64,000 bases of DNA from an uncultured Gemmatimonadales bacterium. Its GTDB lineage: Bacteria > Gemmatimonadota > Gemmatimonadetes > Gemmatimonadales > GWC2-71-9. Position numbers and translations under genes: made by a program. The DNA is taken from the NCBI GenBank assembly GCA_963730185.1, contig CAVSQW010000015.1, positions 448,001 to 512,000 of the forward strand, in the 5' to 3' direction. A model generated the notes under the pieces. It had not been told where the DNA came from. It saw only the letters and a list, made by a program, of their open reading frames with translations, and searched no databases. Of the stretch, positions 9,710-22,709 are shown piece after piece (the stretch's first letter is position 1; each line of letters starts with the position of its first letter).

Positions 9710-10137
9710 TCTCGGGGCTGGCCCGGTGGGGAATCGCTGGCGCGGCCGTCCTGGCGCTGGCGGCGGCGCCGGGGCGCCAGTCCGACCTCGCCGGTCTGGC
9801 CGAGGAAGTCCGCCAGGCCTTTCTCCATCACACCTTCTCCGAAGTGCTGTCCGACGCTCAGGACGTCCGCCTTCGGCTTCCCGGCCAGCCGGTCGGATCG
9901 GGCGTCCGGGGCGATGTCGCGGCCGCGGCCCTGGACGCCTACACCCGGCGCCACCGGGAGTTGGAGGTCGACGTGCTGGGTGCCGCGGTGGTCGCGCCTG
10001 GGCACGGCTATGTGGAGCTCCGACGCCGATTTCGAACGGTCGCCGTGGACCAGGAACAGGTCCAGCGGATCCTCCTGAGCGGCCGGCTGGTGAACGACCG
10101 CTGGCGGGTCGTGGAGCTCTGGATCGTCGACCAGTAG
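9706..10137 (+). CDS. Exported hypothetical protein
   Basis: ATGA overlap with the pyrF stop; signal-like N-terminus; coding-like composition. Confidence 0.6.
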   Translation: MISGLARWGIAGAAVLALAAAPGRQSDLAGLAEEVRQAFLHHTFSEVLSDAQDVRLRLPGQPVGSGVRGDVAAAALDAYTRRHRELEVDVLGAAVVAPGHGYVELRRRFRTVAVDQEQVQRILLSGRLVNDRWRVVELWIVDQ

Positions 10138-10175
10138 GGTGGTCGCGGGGCAGGCCGTCTTGGGTTCCTCTCCTC

Positions 10176-10204
10176 TTGCAATAAGTCCAATGGCGGGATA
10201 GCTT
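10176..10204 (+). promoter_or_regulatory. Sigma70-type promoter of rpmJ-alpha operon
   Basis: TTGCAA-17 nt-TAGCTT. Confidence 0.65.
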
Positions 10205-10244
10205 TGCAAGCTCCCCTGAAACCGGGCGTCCTGGAGAGGGAACA

Positions 10245-10361
10245 GTGAAGGTACGGTCGAGCGTCAAACCCATTTGCGAGCACTGTAAGGTGATCCGGCG
10301 CCGAGGCGTGGTTCGGGTCATTTGCAAGCGCAATCCCAAGCACAAGCAGCGGCAGGGGTAA
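10245..10361 (+). CDS. rpmJ: 50S ribosomal protein L36 (Zn-binding type); absent from ORF track
   Basis: Manual translation [41 protein letters not shown] start with a purine-rich SD-like leader. Confidence 0.97.
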   Translation: MKVRSSVKPICEHCKVIRRRGVVRVICKRNPKHKQRQG

Positions 10362-10364
10362 GGC

Positions 10365-10745
10365 ATGGCTCGTATTGCGGGTGTGGATCTTCCACGAGAC
10401 AGGCGGGTCGAGACGGCCCTGACGTACATCTATGGCATCGGGTTGCCGACCAGTCGCCGACTGGTGACGGATTCGGGGATCAGTCCCGAAACCCGGGTCC
10501 GCGATCTCTCGGACGCCGAGGTGGCTCGGCTCCGGCAGATGATCGAGCGAAGCGTGAAGGTGGAAGGCGCGCTCCGGACCGAGATCGCCATGAACATCAA
10601 GCGACTGATGGACATTGGGTCCTACCGGGGTGCTCGGCATCGCCGGGGCCTCCCGGTTCGCGGCCAGCGGACCCACACCAATGCCCGGACCAAGAAGGGT
10701 CCCCGGCGGGCGATTGCCGGCAAGAAGAAGGCGACGAAGAAGTAA
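10365..10745 (+). CDS. rpsM: 30S ribosomal protein S13
   Basis: [29 protein letters not shown]. Confidence 0.98.
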   Translation: MARIAGVDLPRDRRVETALTYIYGIGLPTSRRLVTDSGISPETRVRDLSDAEVARLRQMIERSVKVEGALRTEIAMNIKRLMDIGSYRGARHRRGLPVRGQRTHTNARTKKGPRRAIAGKKKATKK

Positions 10746-10748
10746 GCT

Positions 10749-11270
10749 ATGACTGCACCGGAAACTCCCGAGAAGGCCCCGGCACCGAAAGAGCCGGCCG
10801 CGTCGCCGCCGGCTGCCGCGTCGACCGCTCCGGCTCCAGCCGCGCCGGCTCCAGCCGCGCCGGCGGCGGCCGCCGCCACGTCGACACCGGCCCCCAAGGG
10901 GGCCAAGCGCTCCCGGAAGGTGGTCGAGTCGGAGGGCGTCGCCCACATCATGGCGACCTTCAACAACACGATCGTCACGATCACCGACGCCAAGGGCAAC
11001 ACGGTGGCGTGGGGCACCGCGGGCAAGGCCGGCTTCAAGGGCTCCAAGAAGTCCACGCCCTTCGCGGCGACCGTGGCGGCCGAAGGGGTGGCGCGCGACG
11101 CGCTGAACCTCGGGGTGCGCCGGGTTCACGTGCTGGTGCAGGGGCCGGGCAGCGGCCGCGAGTCGGCTATCCAGGCCCTCGCCTCGGCGGGGCTCCGGGT
11201 GGTCTCGATCAAAGACGTGACGCCGATCCCCCACAACGGCTGCCGGCCTCCGAAGAAGCGCAGGGTCTGA
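10749..11270 (+). CDS. rpsK: 30S ribosomal protein S11 with Ala/Pro-rich N-terminal extension
   Basis: [37 protein letters not shown]. Confidence 0.97.
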   Translation: MTAPETPEKAPAPKEPAASPPAAASTAPAPAAPAPAAPAAAAATSTPAPKGAKRSRKVVESEGVAHIMATFNNTIVTITDAKGNTVAWGTAGKAGFKGSKKSTPFAATVAAEGVARDALNLGVRRVHVLVQGPGSGRESAIQALASAGLRVVSIKDVTPIPHNGCRPPKKRRV

Positions 11271-11273
11271 TCC

Positions 11274-11913
11274 ATGGCTCGTTACTCCGGTCCCGCGTGC
11301 CGGCTTTGCCGCCGCGAAGGCACCAAGCTGTTCTTGAAGGGCACCCGCTGCTTCACCGAGAAGTGCGCCGTGGAGCGCCGGAGCTACGCGCCCGGCCAGC
11401 ACGGCATGGGTGGTGGCCGGGGGAGTCGGAAGATGTCCGAATACGCCCGCCAGCTCCGCGAGAAGCAGAAGGTCAAGCGGGTCTACGGGCTCAATGAGAA
11501 GCAGTTCCGGAATACCTTCGAGACCGCCGCCCTGCAGCCGGGCGTGACGGGCACCAATCTGCTGGTCGCCCTCGAATCGCGGCTCGACAACCTCATCTAC
11601 CGGATGGGGTTCACCACCAGTCGCCGGGGTGCCCGGCAGCTCGTTCGCCACGGCCACGTCGAAATCGACGGCCGCCGGGTCGACGTGCCGTCGTATCACG
11701 TCAAGCCGGGTCAGGAAATCCGGGTGGCGGCGGGCAGCCGGGAGATGGTGCCGATCAAGGTGGCGCAGGACATGGCGAAGCCGCGGAGCGCCGGTGTCGT
11801 GGCTCTCCGTGGACGATCAGAAGCTCGTCGGCCGGATGACGAGCTGCCCACGCGCGAGGCGATCCCGATCACCGCGCAGGAGCAGCTCGGTCGTCGAGCT
11901 GTACTCGAAGTGA
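11274..11913 (+). CDS. rpsD: 30S ribosomal protein S4 (apparent indels ~11780-11890)
   Basis: CRLCRREG, QLREKQK, LESRLDN; conserved end VVELYSK* appears in another frame, stopping at 11913. Confidence 0.95.
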
Positions 11914-11926
11914 GCGTGGGACCTCG

Positions 11927-12992
11927 ATGACGATCGATCTGACCGGCCTGGTTCGCCCGCACCTCGTCGAGATGACGAAGCGGGAGGACAATCCCAACAT
12001 CGCCGAGTTCCGGCTCCAGCCGCTGGAGCGGGGCTTCGGCTACACGCTCGGCAACTCCCTCCGGCGAATGCTCCTCTCCTCGCTCCGAGGGACCGCCGTC
12101 TGGGGCTTCCGGCTCGACGGCGTGGTGCACGAGCACCAGACCGTCCAGGGCGTGCTCGAGGACGTGCACCAGATCGTGCAGCGCCTCAAGGCGCTGACCC
12201 TGGTGCTCGACCCCGACATCGACGAGGCCGTACTCCGGATTCGCCGCGAAGGCAAGGGCCCGGTCTACGCCCGCGACATCCAGGAGAACGCCAACGTCAC
12301 GGTGCGTGAATCCCGACCACCTGCTGTTCACGCTGCAGGAAGATCGGGACATCAGCTGCGAGCTCTACGTCAACAAGGGCGGGGTTACGTCGAGTCCGAG
12401 CTGCACCCGCTCGACCGCTCGCTGCCGGTCGACCTGGTCCGGATCGACGCGATCTACAATCCCGTCCGGCGGGCGAACTTCACCGTCAGCCGAGACCCGA
12501 GTCGGTCAGCGCACCGACTACGACCGGCTCGCCGTCACGGTGGAGACCAACGGCACCATCACCCCCGAGGACGCGATCGCCTATGCGGCCGCTCTGGCCC
12601 AGGAGCACTTCCGCTACTTCGTGGAGTTCGGCAAGGTCCCGACCGCGCGCCCGAGTGCCACGCCCGAGACCGTCATCGGTCGGCCGGCGGGCTGGCCCTG
12701 ACCCTGGGCCGCCTGATCGACGACCTCGGACTCTCCGTCCGGACCCTCAACTCGCTCAAGAACTCCAACATCCGGACCCTCAAGGATCTGGTGGAGTACA
12801 GCGAGGAAGAGCTGCTCGACGTCAAGAACGTGGGCGAGAAGGCCGTGGCCGAGATCGGCGACCTGCTGCGGCAGGAGGGGCTCGATTCGGGATGACCTTC
12901 GAAGAGATCGAGGGCGAGCTCCGGGTGCTCGACGCCGGCGTCGCTGCCGAGCCTCGGCCGCCGGCGACGGTGCCGGAGAAGGGACCGCCTGA
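11927..12992 (+). CDS. rpoA: RNA polymerase alpha subunit (several apparent indels; 3' end approximate)
   Basis: PLERGFGYTLGNSLRR, IDAIYNPV, RVGQRTDYDRL and LSVRTLNSLK distributed across frames. Confidence 0.93.
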
Positions 12993-12995
12993 CCC

Positions 12996-13352
12996 ATGCG
13001 GCATCGCGCCAAGGGACGCCAGCTGTCCCGGACCTCGGAGCCACCGGCGGCGTTGCTCCGGAACATGGCCATCAGCCTGTTCATGCACGAGCGGATCGTG
13101 ACGACCACGGCCAAGGCCAAGGAGCTCCGGCCCTTCGCCGAGCGGCTCATCACCCTGGCGCGGCGGGGAGACCTCCACGCCCGGCGCCTGGCCGAGCGGA
13201 AGATCCAGGACCGCGAGGCCCTGACCCGGCTCTTCGCCGAGATCGGCCCCCGGTTCGCCGGCCGGCCCGGCGGCTATACCCGGATTCTCAAGCTGGGCCA
13301 CCGGGTGGGCGACGGCGCCGAGACGGCGCGGATCGAGTTGCTTGCCGAGTGA
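12996..13352 (+). CDS. rplQ: 50S ribosomal protein L17
   Basis: MRHR, TTTAKAKELR, RPGGYTRILKLGHRVGDGA; EPPAAL in place of the usual EHRRAL suggests a compensating +1/-1 indel pair ~13040-13052. Confidence 0.97.
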   Translation: MRHRAKGRQLSRTSEPPAALLRNMAISLFMHERIVTTTAKAKELRPFAERLITLARRGDLHARRLAERKIQDREALTRLFAEIGPRFAGRPGGYTRILKLGHRVGDGAETARIELLAE

Positions 13353-13377
13353 TGGCAGGTCCCGACTTCCGGACAAC

Positions 13378-13408
13378 GAAAACGGGGACCCTCGGGTCCC
13401 CGTTTTTT
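13378..13408. terminator. Bidirectional intrinsic terminator between convergent rplQ and rpmB
   Basis: AAAACGGGGACC-CTC-GGGTCCCCGTTTTTT. Confidence 0.85.
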
Positions 13409-13429
13409 CTGTCGGCGGCCGCGGCCCGC

Positions 13430-13621
13430 TCAGGCCGCTTTGGTCACCTTGCCGCTCCGAATGCAGCGGGTGCAGACCCGGACCCGCTTGGGCGCCCCGT
13501 CGACCATGGTCCGGACGGTCTGGAGATTGGGCATCCACCGCCGCCGCCGCTTGTTGTGGGCGTGGCTGACATGGTTGCCGGTCGCCGGACCCTTGCCGCA
13601 AATGGTGCAAACCCGTGCCAT
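13430..13621 (-). CDS. rpmB: 50S ribosomal protein L28
   Basis: [34 protein letters not shown]...[11 protein letters not shown]. Confidence 0.97.
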   Translation of the reverse strand: MARVCTICGKGPATGNHVSHAHNKRRRRWMPNLQTVRTMVDGAPKRVRVCTRCIRSGKVTKAA

Positions 13622-13667
13622 GACGTACCCCTCGTGCGTCCTGTGTCTACTGCTGAAAGAGCCCAGA

Positions 13668-13696
13668 AATATAAGCCTCATGCTATTTTGAGACAA
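13668..13696. promoter_or_regulatory. Overlapping divergent promoters (rpmB on minus, gmd on plus)
   Basis: Minus strand TTGTCT-17 nt-TATATT; plus strand extended -10 TG-C-TATTTT at 13681-13689. Confidence 0.55.
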
Positions 13697-13716
13697 CCAC
13701 GGAGGCAAGAGGTCGG

Positions 13717-15613
<1,897 letters not shown>

Positions 15614-15630
<17 letters not shown>

Positions 15631-18600
15631 CCTCCGGTCGATTCTCCTCATCGGATCCGGCCCGATCGTGATCGGACAGGGTGCCGAGTTCGACTACTCC
15701 GGCACTCAGGCGGCGCGGGCTCTCAAGGAAGAGGGCTACCGGGTGATCCTGGTGAATTCCAACCCGGCCACCATCATGACCGATCCGGAGGTCGCCGACC
15801 GGACCTACATCGAGCCGGTGACCCCGGAATGGGTGGAGAAGATCATCGCCCGGGAACGGCCCGACGCCCTCCTGCCCACGATGGGCGGTCAGACCGGCCT
15901 CAACGTGGCGATGGAGCTCTACCGGAGCGGGGTGCTCCAGAAGTACGGGGTCGAGCTGATCGGCGCCAACGAGCGCGCGATCCGAATCGCCGAGGATCGG
16001 AACGAGTTCGCCAAGGCCATGCGGCGGATCGGCCTCCGGACGCCGGAAGGGGTGACGGTCACGTCGGTGGAGGAGGGCCTGGCCGCGGTCGAGCGGACCG
16101 GGTACCCCGCCATCCTCCGGCCCTCGTACACGCTGGGCGGCACGGGCGGGGGGATCGCCTACAACCGGGAGGAGTTCGAGACCATGCTCCGCCGGGGGCT
16201 CGAGGCCTCGCCGGTCGGGTCGGTCCTGGTCGAGCGGAGCGTGATCGGGTGGAAGGAGTACGAGCTCGAGGTGATGCGTGACGGGGCCGACAACGTGGTC
16301 ATCGTCTGCTCGATCGAGAACATCGATCCGATGGGCGTCCACACCGGCGACTCGATCACCGTGGCCCCCGCGATGACGCTCTCGGACCGCGAGTACCAGG
16401 CGATGCGCGACGCCTCCTGCAAGGTGATCCGCGAGGTGGGGGTCGCGGCCGGCGGCTGCAACATCCAGTTCGCGGTGAGCCCGACCACGGGTGAGCAGCT
16501 GGTGATCGAGATGAACCCCCGGGTGTCTCGGAGCTCGGCCCTCGCCTCCAAGGCTACCGGCTTTCCGATCGCCCGGATCGGCACCAAGGTGGCGGTCGGC
16601 TATCGCCTGGACGAGCTGCCCAACGACATCACCAAGACCACTCCGGCGAGCTTCGAGCCGGTGCTCGACTACGTGGTGGTCAAGATCCCCCGGTTCGCGT
16701 TCGAGAAGTTCCCGGCGGCCGATCCGACCCTCACGACCCAGATGAAGTCGGTGGGCGAGGTGATGGCCATCGGGCGGACGTTCAAGGAGGCGTTCCAGAA
16801 GGGCTTCCGGGGCCTGGAAACGGGGCGGACCGGCTGGGTGGTCGGCGAGACCCTGGCCGACGACCGCCTCAACGACGGCTCGACCGAGGCCATCCTCGGC
16901 GCCATCCGAACGCCGACCCCGGAGCGGGTCTTCCAGATCAAGCGCGCGCTGCTCCGCGACGTGCCGGTCGAGCGGATCGCGGAACGTTCCCTGATCGACC
17001 CGTGGTTCATTCAGCAGATGCGGGAGCTGGTAGAGGCGGAGCGGGACTTCGTGGACCGGTGGACGGCTGCCCGGGCGGCCGGCACGGCGGCTGGTGACCT
17101 GCCGCCCGTCGGCCCCGCCATTCGTCAGTTGGTCCGGCGGATGAAGCGGTTCGGGTTCTCGGACGCGCAGCTGGGCGAGCTGGTGGGCCTGGACGAGCGC
17201 GAGCTCCGCGCACTTCCGCCACGAGCTCGGCATCCGGCCCGCCTACAAGATGGTCGACACCTGCGCGGGCGAGTTCCCGTCGAAGACGCCCTACCTCTAC
17301 TCGTCGTACGACGAGGAGAACGAGGCGGCCGCGGTCGGCGACAGGACGGTGATCATCCTGGGGAGCGGGCCCAACCGGATCGGCCAGGGGGTGGAGTTCG
17401 ACTACTGCTGCGTCCGGGCGGTGATGGCGCTCCGGGCGATGGGGTACCGGACGGTGATGGTCAACTCCAACCCCGAGACCGTGTCAACCGACTTCGACAT
17501 GTCGGACGCGCTCTACTTCGAGCCGCTCACCCTGGAGGACGTCCTCGAGATCGTCCACCTGGAACGGCCCCTCGGCGTCGTGGTGCAGCTCGGGGGCCAG
17601 ACCCCCCTGCCGTCTGGCCCGGGGGCTCGAGGCGGAGGGGGTGCCGATCCTGGGTACCTCGCCCGAAGCGATCGATGCGGCCGAGGACCGGGGCCGGTTC
17701 GAGGCGCTGGCCCGGGAGCTCGGCGTGGAGCAGCCCAAGAACGGGACCGCCCGCTCCCTCGCCGAGGCGCTGACGGTGGCCGACGGGGTCGGTTACCCCG
17801 TGCTGATCCGTCCGTCGTACGTCCTCGGCGGCCGGGCGATGCAGATCGTTTACGACGCCGAGTCGCTCCGCGAGTTCTTCGAGGAGGCGGTGCGGGTCGC
17901 CCCGGGGCATCCGGTGCTGATCGACCAGTTCCTGGAGGACGCCTTCGAGGTCGACGTCGACTCGCTCTCCGACGGCGAGCGGTGCATCGTGGGCGGCGTG
18001 ATGCAGCACATCGAGGACGCCGGCATCCACTCCGGCGACTCGGCCTGCGTGATGCCGCCCTATCTGGTCACCGAGGAACAGGTCGACGAGATGAAGGAGT
18101 ACACCCGCGCAGTTTGCGCTCCAGCTCGGCGTGGTGGGCCTGATGAACGTCCAGTACGCGGTCCGGCACGGGAAGGTGTACGTGCTCGAGGTGAACCCGC
18201 GGGCCTCGCGGACCATTCCCTACGTCTCCAAGACCACCGGTGTCCCGCTGGCGAGCCTGGCGGCCCAGGTGATGGTCGGGAAGACGCTGTCCGAGCTGGG
18301 CGTGGTCGACGACGTGGTCCATCCGTACGTGACCGTCAAGGAGGCCGTCTTCCCCTTCACCAAGCTGCAGGGCGTCGATCTCGTGCTCGGGCCGGAGATG
18401 CGCTCCACCGGCGAGGTGATGGGCATCGCCGACTCGCTTTGGGATGGCCTTCGCCAAGAGCCAGGTGAGCGCCGACGGCAGCCTGCCGCTGGGTGGCGCG
18501 GTGCTGGTGACGGTCAACGACCACGACAAGGCCACCGTGGTGCCGATCACCCGGCGCTTCCACGAGCTGGGCTTCCGGATCCTCGCCACCGAAGGCACCG

Positions 18601-18920
18601 CCCGTTACCTCCGGGCGCGGGGGGTGCCGGCGGAGCGGGTCCTCAAGGTGCACGAAGGACGCCCCAACCCGGTAGACCTCCTGGTCTCGGGCCAGGTGCA
18701 GCTGCTGGTCAACACCCCGCTCGGGAAGCTGACCCAGCGCGACGACTACATCCTCCGGCGAGTCGCCCTCCAGCACCGAGTGCCGTACACCACCACCATG
18801 TCGGCGGCGGCGGCGGCGTGCGACGCGATCATCGCCCTCCGGAGCCGGACCGGCGAGGTGCGCTCGCTTCAGGAATGGCACGCCATGGCCCGGGAGTTCA
18901 TGGCCGAGACCGCGGCGTGA
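15614..18920 (+). CDS. carB: Carbamoyl-phosphate synthase large subunit (apparent indels ~17210, ~17610, ~18110, ~18435)
   Basis: [59 protein letters not shown] and the MGS domain spread over successive frames. Confidence 0.95.
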
Positions 18921-19876
18921 CCACGGCGCGGGACCCGGACTTCGTCGCCGAGCTGGGGCGACGGGTCGGGGGGCGGGTGCGGGTGGACGAGCCGCTCGCC
19001 CGCTACAGCACCTACCGGATCGGTGGGCCGGCCACGGTGCTCCTGCCGGCCCGGGCCGAGGACGTCGGGGGGGCGCTGGCGCTGGCCCACGATCGCGGGG
19101 TGCCGTGGTTCGTGTTGGGGCTCGGGTCGAACGTGCTCCTGCCCGACGAGGGGATGGAGGCGCTGGTGATCCGCCTGGGCAAAGGGCTCGACCGGATCGA
19201 CGCCCAGGGCGACCGCTGGCGCTTCGGCGCGGGGCTTCCGGCGCCGCTGGCGGCCCGCAAAACGGCCGAGGCAGGGTGGGGTGGGCTGCACGTCATGGTC
19301 GGCGTGCCGGGCACGGTGGGGGGCGGGGTGTACATGAACGCCGGCTGCCACGGTGGCCAGTGGTCGGACGTGGTGGAGACCGTGGTGGCGGTCGACCCGA
19401 GTGGCGCGTCGCGGGTGTTCGCCCGGTCCGAGATCCCGTTCCAGTATCGCCGGAGCGGCCTGGACGGCTGGGTGGTGCTCGAGACGGCCGTCCGGCTGGT
19501 CTCGGCCGATCGCGAGGAGCTCAAGGCGGAGGTCACCCGGCTCTTCGAGTGGCGGCAGCGGGGGACTCCGTTCAATCAGCCCTGCTGCGGGAGCGTGTTC
19601 AAGAACCCCGCCGGGGCGGAAGGGCGCACGGCCGGCCAGCTGGTCGAAGCGGCCGGGCTCAAGGGCCAGACGATCGGGGGAGCGCGGGTCTCGCCGATGC
19701 ACGCCAACTACATCGTGAACGTCGGCGGGGCCACCGCGGCCGACGTCCGCGCCCTGATCGACCTGGCCCGACGCGAGGTCGGGGCGCGGTTCGGGGTGGC
19801 GCTGGAGACCGAAGTGAAGCGGATCGACCCCGCGGGGCGGGCCATCGAGGCGACGGGAGAGGAGAGGGCCGGGTGA
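18917..19876 (+). CDS. murB: UDP-N-acetylmuramate dehydrogenase
   Basis: [45 protein letters not shown]. Confidence 0.95.
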   Translation: MTTARDPDFVAELGRRVGGRVRVDEPLARYSTYRIGGPATVLLPARAEDVGGALALAHDRGVPWFVLGLGSNVLLPDEGMEALVIRLGKGLDRIDAQGDRWRFGAGLPAPLAARKTAEAGWGGLHVMVGVPGTVGGGVYMNAGCHGGQWSDVVETVVAVDPSGASRVFARSEIPFQYRRSGLDGWVVLETAVRLVSADREELKAEVTRLFEWRQRGTPFNQPCCGSVFKNPAGAEGRTAGQLVEAAGLKGQTIGGARVSPMHANYIVNVGGATAADVRALIDLARREVGARFGVALETEVKRIDPAGRAIEATGEERAG

Positions 19877-20460
19877 GTGAGCGGGACTATTTCGTGCACG
19901 AGTCGAGCTACGTCGACGAGGGCGCCGTAATCGGTACGGGGACCAAGGTCTGGCACTTCAGCCACGTGATGCCGGGGGCCGTGATCGGCCCGAGGTGCAA
20001 TCTGGGCCAGAACGTGGTGGTGATGCCGGGCACCCGGATCGGGGCGAACGTGAAGATCCAGAACAACGTCTCGATCTACGAGGGCGTGGAGCTCGAGGAC
20101 GACGTGTTCTGCGGTCCGAGCTGCGTGTTCACCAACGTCATCAATCCCCGGAGCCACGTCTCCCGGAAGCACGAGTACCTCCGCACCCTGGTGCGGCGGG
20201 GCGCGTCGATTGGGGCCAACGCGACGATCGTGTGCGGGGCGACGATCGGCGACTACGCCTTCATCGGGGCGGGCGCGGTGGTCCGCGGCGACGTGCCGGC
20301 CTACGCGCTGGTGGTGGGGGTGCCGGCCCGGCGGATCGGGTGGGTCTGCCGGTGCGGCGTCCGGTTGGTGGTACGTGGCGGGGCGGCCGACTGCGCCGAC
20401 TGCGGCGCCTCCTACCGCGAGGAGGGAGGCCTGATCCGGCCCGTTGACTCGGCTGGATGA
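19873..20460 (+). CDS. Hexapeptide-repeat N-acetyltransferase (WbpD/WlbB-like)
   Basis: [36 protein letters not shown]. Confidence 0.85.
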   Translation: MSERDYFVHESSYVDEGAVIGTGTKVWHFSHVMPGAVIGPRCNLGQNVVVMPGTRIGANVKIQNNVSIYEGVELEDDVFCGPSCVFTNVINPRSHVSRKHEYLRTLVRRGASIGANATIVCGATIGDYAFIGAGAVVRGDVPAYALVVGVPARRIGWVCRCGVRLVVRGGAADCADCGASYREEGGLIRPVDSAG

Positions 20461-20582
20461 GATAGTCTAAACTTATTGCTGGTAATGATTTGCGGTAATT
20501 CAATAGCTCGCGTTCTGCGCCCGGAAGCGGCTGGGAGCTCGGGCTCGTCGTTTGTGGGGCCAGGTGGTCCGAGGAGGCATCC

Positions 20583-21698
20583 GTGAACGTTCCGTTGCTG
20601 GATCTCAAGGCGCAGTACGCCAGCATCAAGGACGAGGTAGACCGGGCGGTCGCATCGGTGATCGAGCGGCAGGCGTTCATCATGGGACCGGAGGTCGGTG
20701 AACTCGAGACCCGGGTGGCGGCGCTCTGTGGGGCGAAGCACGGGATCGGGTGCGCCAGCGGCACCGACGCCCTCCTGCTGCCCCTCAAGTCGCTCGGCCT
20801 CTCGGCCGACGACGAGGTGATCGCACCGAGCTTCACGTTCTTCGCGACCGCCGGGGCCATCCACAACGCCGGGGGCAGGCCGGTCTTCGTCGACATCGAG
20901 GCGGACACCTTCAACGTCGATCCGGACGCGATCGAGGCGGCCATCACCCCCCGGACGCGGGCCATCGTCGTGGTCCACCTCTTCGGCCAGATGGCCAGGA
21001 TGGAGCGCATCCTGGCGATCGCGGACCGTCACGGCCTGCCGGTGCTGGAGGACGGCGCCCAGGCGATCGGCGCCCGGCGGCGGATCGACGGCGACTGGAA
21101 GCTGGCCGGTCAGCTGGGCTGGGCGGGGACCTTCTCGTTCTTCCCGAGCAAGAATCTCGGCGGCTTCGGCGACGGCGGCATGATCGTGACTCAGGGCGAC
21201 GAGCTGGCCGCCCGGCTCAAGAAGCTCCGGCTCCATGGCGGGGCGAAGCAGTATCACCATGAGGAGGTCGGCACCAACAGCCGACTCGACACCCTCCAGG
21301 CGGCGGTGCTTCTGGCCAAGCTGCCGCACCTGGCGGAGTGGAGTGCCGGTCGGCGTGAGCGCGCGGCCAGGTACGCCCGGGCTTTCGAGGGCCATCCCCA
21401 TGTCACTACGCCAGTTACAGGCCAAGACAACGAGCACATCTTCCACCAGTACACCCTGCGGGTCCCCCGACGGGATGAGCTGCTGGCCCATCTCAAGTCG
21501 GGCGGCATTGGATGTGCAGTGTACTACCCGGTCGGCCTTCATCTTCAGCCATGCTTCGCGGACCTGGGCTACGGCCCGGGCTCGCTGCCGGCGACGGAGG
21601 AGGCGATGCGAACCGTGATTTCGTTGCCGGTCTATCCGGAGCTGACCGACGCCCAACAGGACGCCGTGGTCGACGCCGTGAGGGGATTTTTCGGGTGA
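20583..21698 (+). CDS. DegT/DnrJ sugar aminotransferase (WbpE-like)
   Basis: ASGTDAL, EDGAQAIGA, SFFPSKNLGGFGDGG, NSRLDTLQAA. Confidence 0.9.
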   Translation: MNVPLLDLKAQYASIKDEVDRAVASVIERQAFIMGPEVGELETRVAALCGAKHGIGCASGTDALLLPLKSLGLSADDEVIAPSFTFFATAGAIHNAGGRPVFVDIEADTFNVDPDAIEAAITPRTRAIVVVHLFGQMARMERILAIADRHGLPVLEDGAQAIGARRRIDGDWKLAGQLGWAGTFSFFPSKNLGGFGDGGMIVTQGDELAARLKKLRLHGGAKQYHHEEVGTNSRLDTLQAAVLLAKLPHLAEWSAGRRERAARYARAFEGHPHVTTPVTGQDNEHIFHQYTLRVPRRDELLAHLKSGGIGCAVYYPVGLHLQPCFADLGYGPGSLPATEEAMRTVISLPVYPELTDAQQDAVVDAVRGFFG

Positions 21699-22705
21699 GC
21701 CGTCTCAAGGTTGGGGTCATCGGGGCCGGCGCCTGGGGGCGCAATCACGTCCGCACCTTGGCCGGCCTGCCCGAGGTCGAGCTGGCCGCCGTGGCCGATC
21801 TCAACGAGGGGGTCCGGGAGCGGACCGCCCGGGCCTACCCGGGCACGCTGGTGACCGATTCGGTCGACAGGTTGTTGAGCGCGGTCGACGCCGTGGTCGT
21901 GGCCTCGACCGCGCGGACCCATGCCGCGCTGGCGCTCCAGGCCATCCGGGCCGGCAAAACGGTGCTGGTGGAGAAGCCGTTCGCCCTGGGGGTCGCCGAC
22001 GCCGAAGCGGTCGCGGCCGAGGGCGCCCGGCTCGGGGTGCCGGTGCTGGTCGGGCACCTGCTGGAGTTCCACCCGGTGGTCGATCGGCTCCGGTCAATGA
22101 TCGTCACGGGCGCGCTGGGCGAGGTGTACTACCTGTATTCCCAGCGGGTGAACCTGGGTCAGGTGCGTCCCGACGAGAACGCCCTCTGGAGCTTCGGGCC
22201 GCACGACATCTCGGTCGCCCTCTACCTGATGGGCGAGGCCCCGGTGAGTGTCACCGCGCAGGGGCACTCGTACCTGCAGCCGGGGATCGAGGACGTGGTG
22301 TTCCTGGTGATGATGTTCCGGTCGGGCGTGGTGGCGCACGCCCACCTGTCCTGGCTCGACCCGCACAAGGAACGTCGGCTGACGGTGGTCGGCTCGCGGC
22401 AGATGGCGGTGTTCGACGACATGGCGCCGCGGGAAAAGCTCCGGCTCTACGACAAGGGCGTGGATCGCCCACCGGAGTACGGATCGTACGGCGAGAGCCT
22501 GGCGGTCAGGGAAGGGGACATCTGGATTCCGAAGCTGTCGAACGCTGAGCCACTCGGGCTCGAGCTCCGGCACTTCGTCGGGGTCGCACGGGGCGAAGCG
22601 CCGACGCGAGCGGACGCGAACGACGGCGTACGGGTGGTACGCGTGCTCGAGGCGGCCGGCCGCTCGCTCGCGGCGAACGGCGCGCCCATCACCATTGAGG
22701 CATGA
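21695..22705 (+). CDS. Gfo/Idh/MocA oxidoreductase (WbpB-like)
   Basis: GAGAWGRNH, LVEKP, SFGPHDIS, SWLDPHKER. Confidence 0.85.
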   Translation: MSRLKVGVIGAGAWGRNHVRTLAGLPEVELAAVADLNEGVRERTARAYPGTLVTDSVDRLLSAVDAVVVASTARTHAALALQAIRAGKTVLVEKPFALGVADAEAVAAEGARLGVPVLVGHLLEFHPVVDRLRSMIVTGALGEVYYLYSQRVNLGQVRPDENALWSFGPHDISVALYLMGEAPVSVTAQGHSYLQPGIEDVVFLVMMFRSGVVAHAHLSWLDPHKERRLTVVGSRQMAVFDDMAPREKLRLYDKGVDRPPEYGSYGESLAVREGDIWIPKLSNAEPLGLELRHFVGVARGEAPTRADANDGVRVVRVLEAAGRSLAANGAPITIEA

Positions 22706-22709
22706 GGCC

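Noticed and set aside
11274..12992. Pseudogenes or programmed frameshifting in rpsD/rpoA (also carB, ugd, gmd, tsaE)
   Set aside because: These are essential or conserved genes with intact motifs on both sides of each shift, several shifts per gene, and no consistent slippery site; sequencing error is more parsimonious
18131..19876. Apparent CarB-MurB fusion ORF
   Set aside because: Caused by a carB indel at ~18435; carB has its own stop at 18920 and murB its own GTG at 18917
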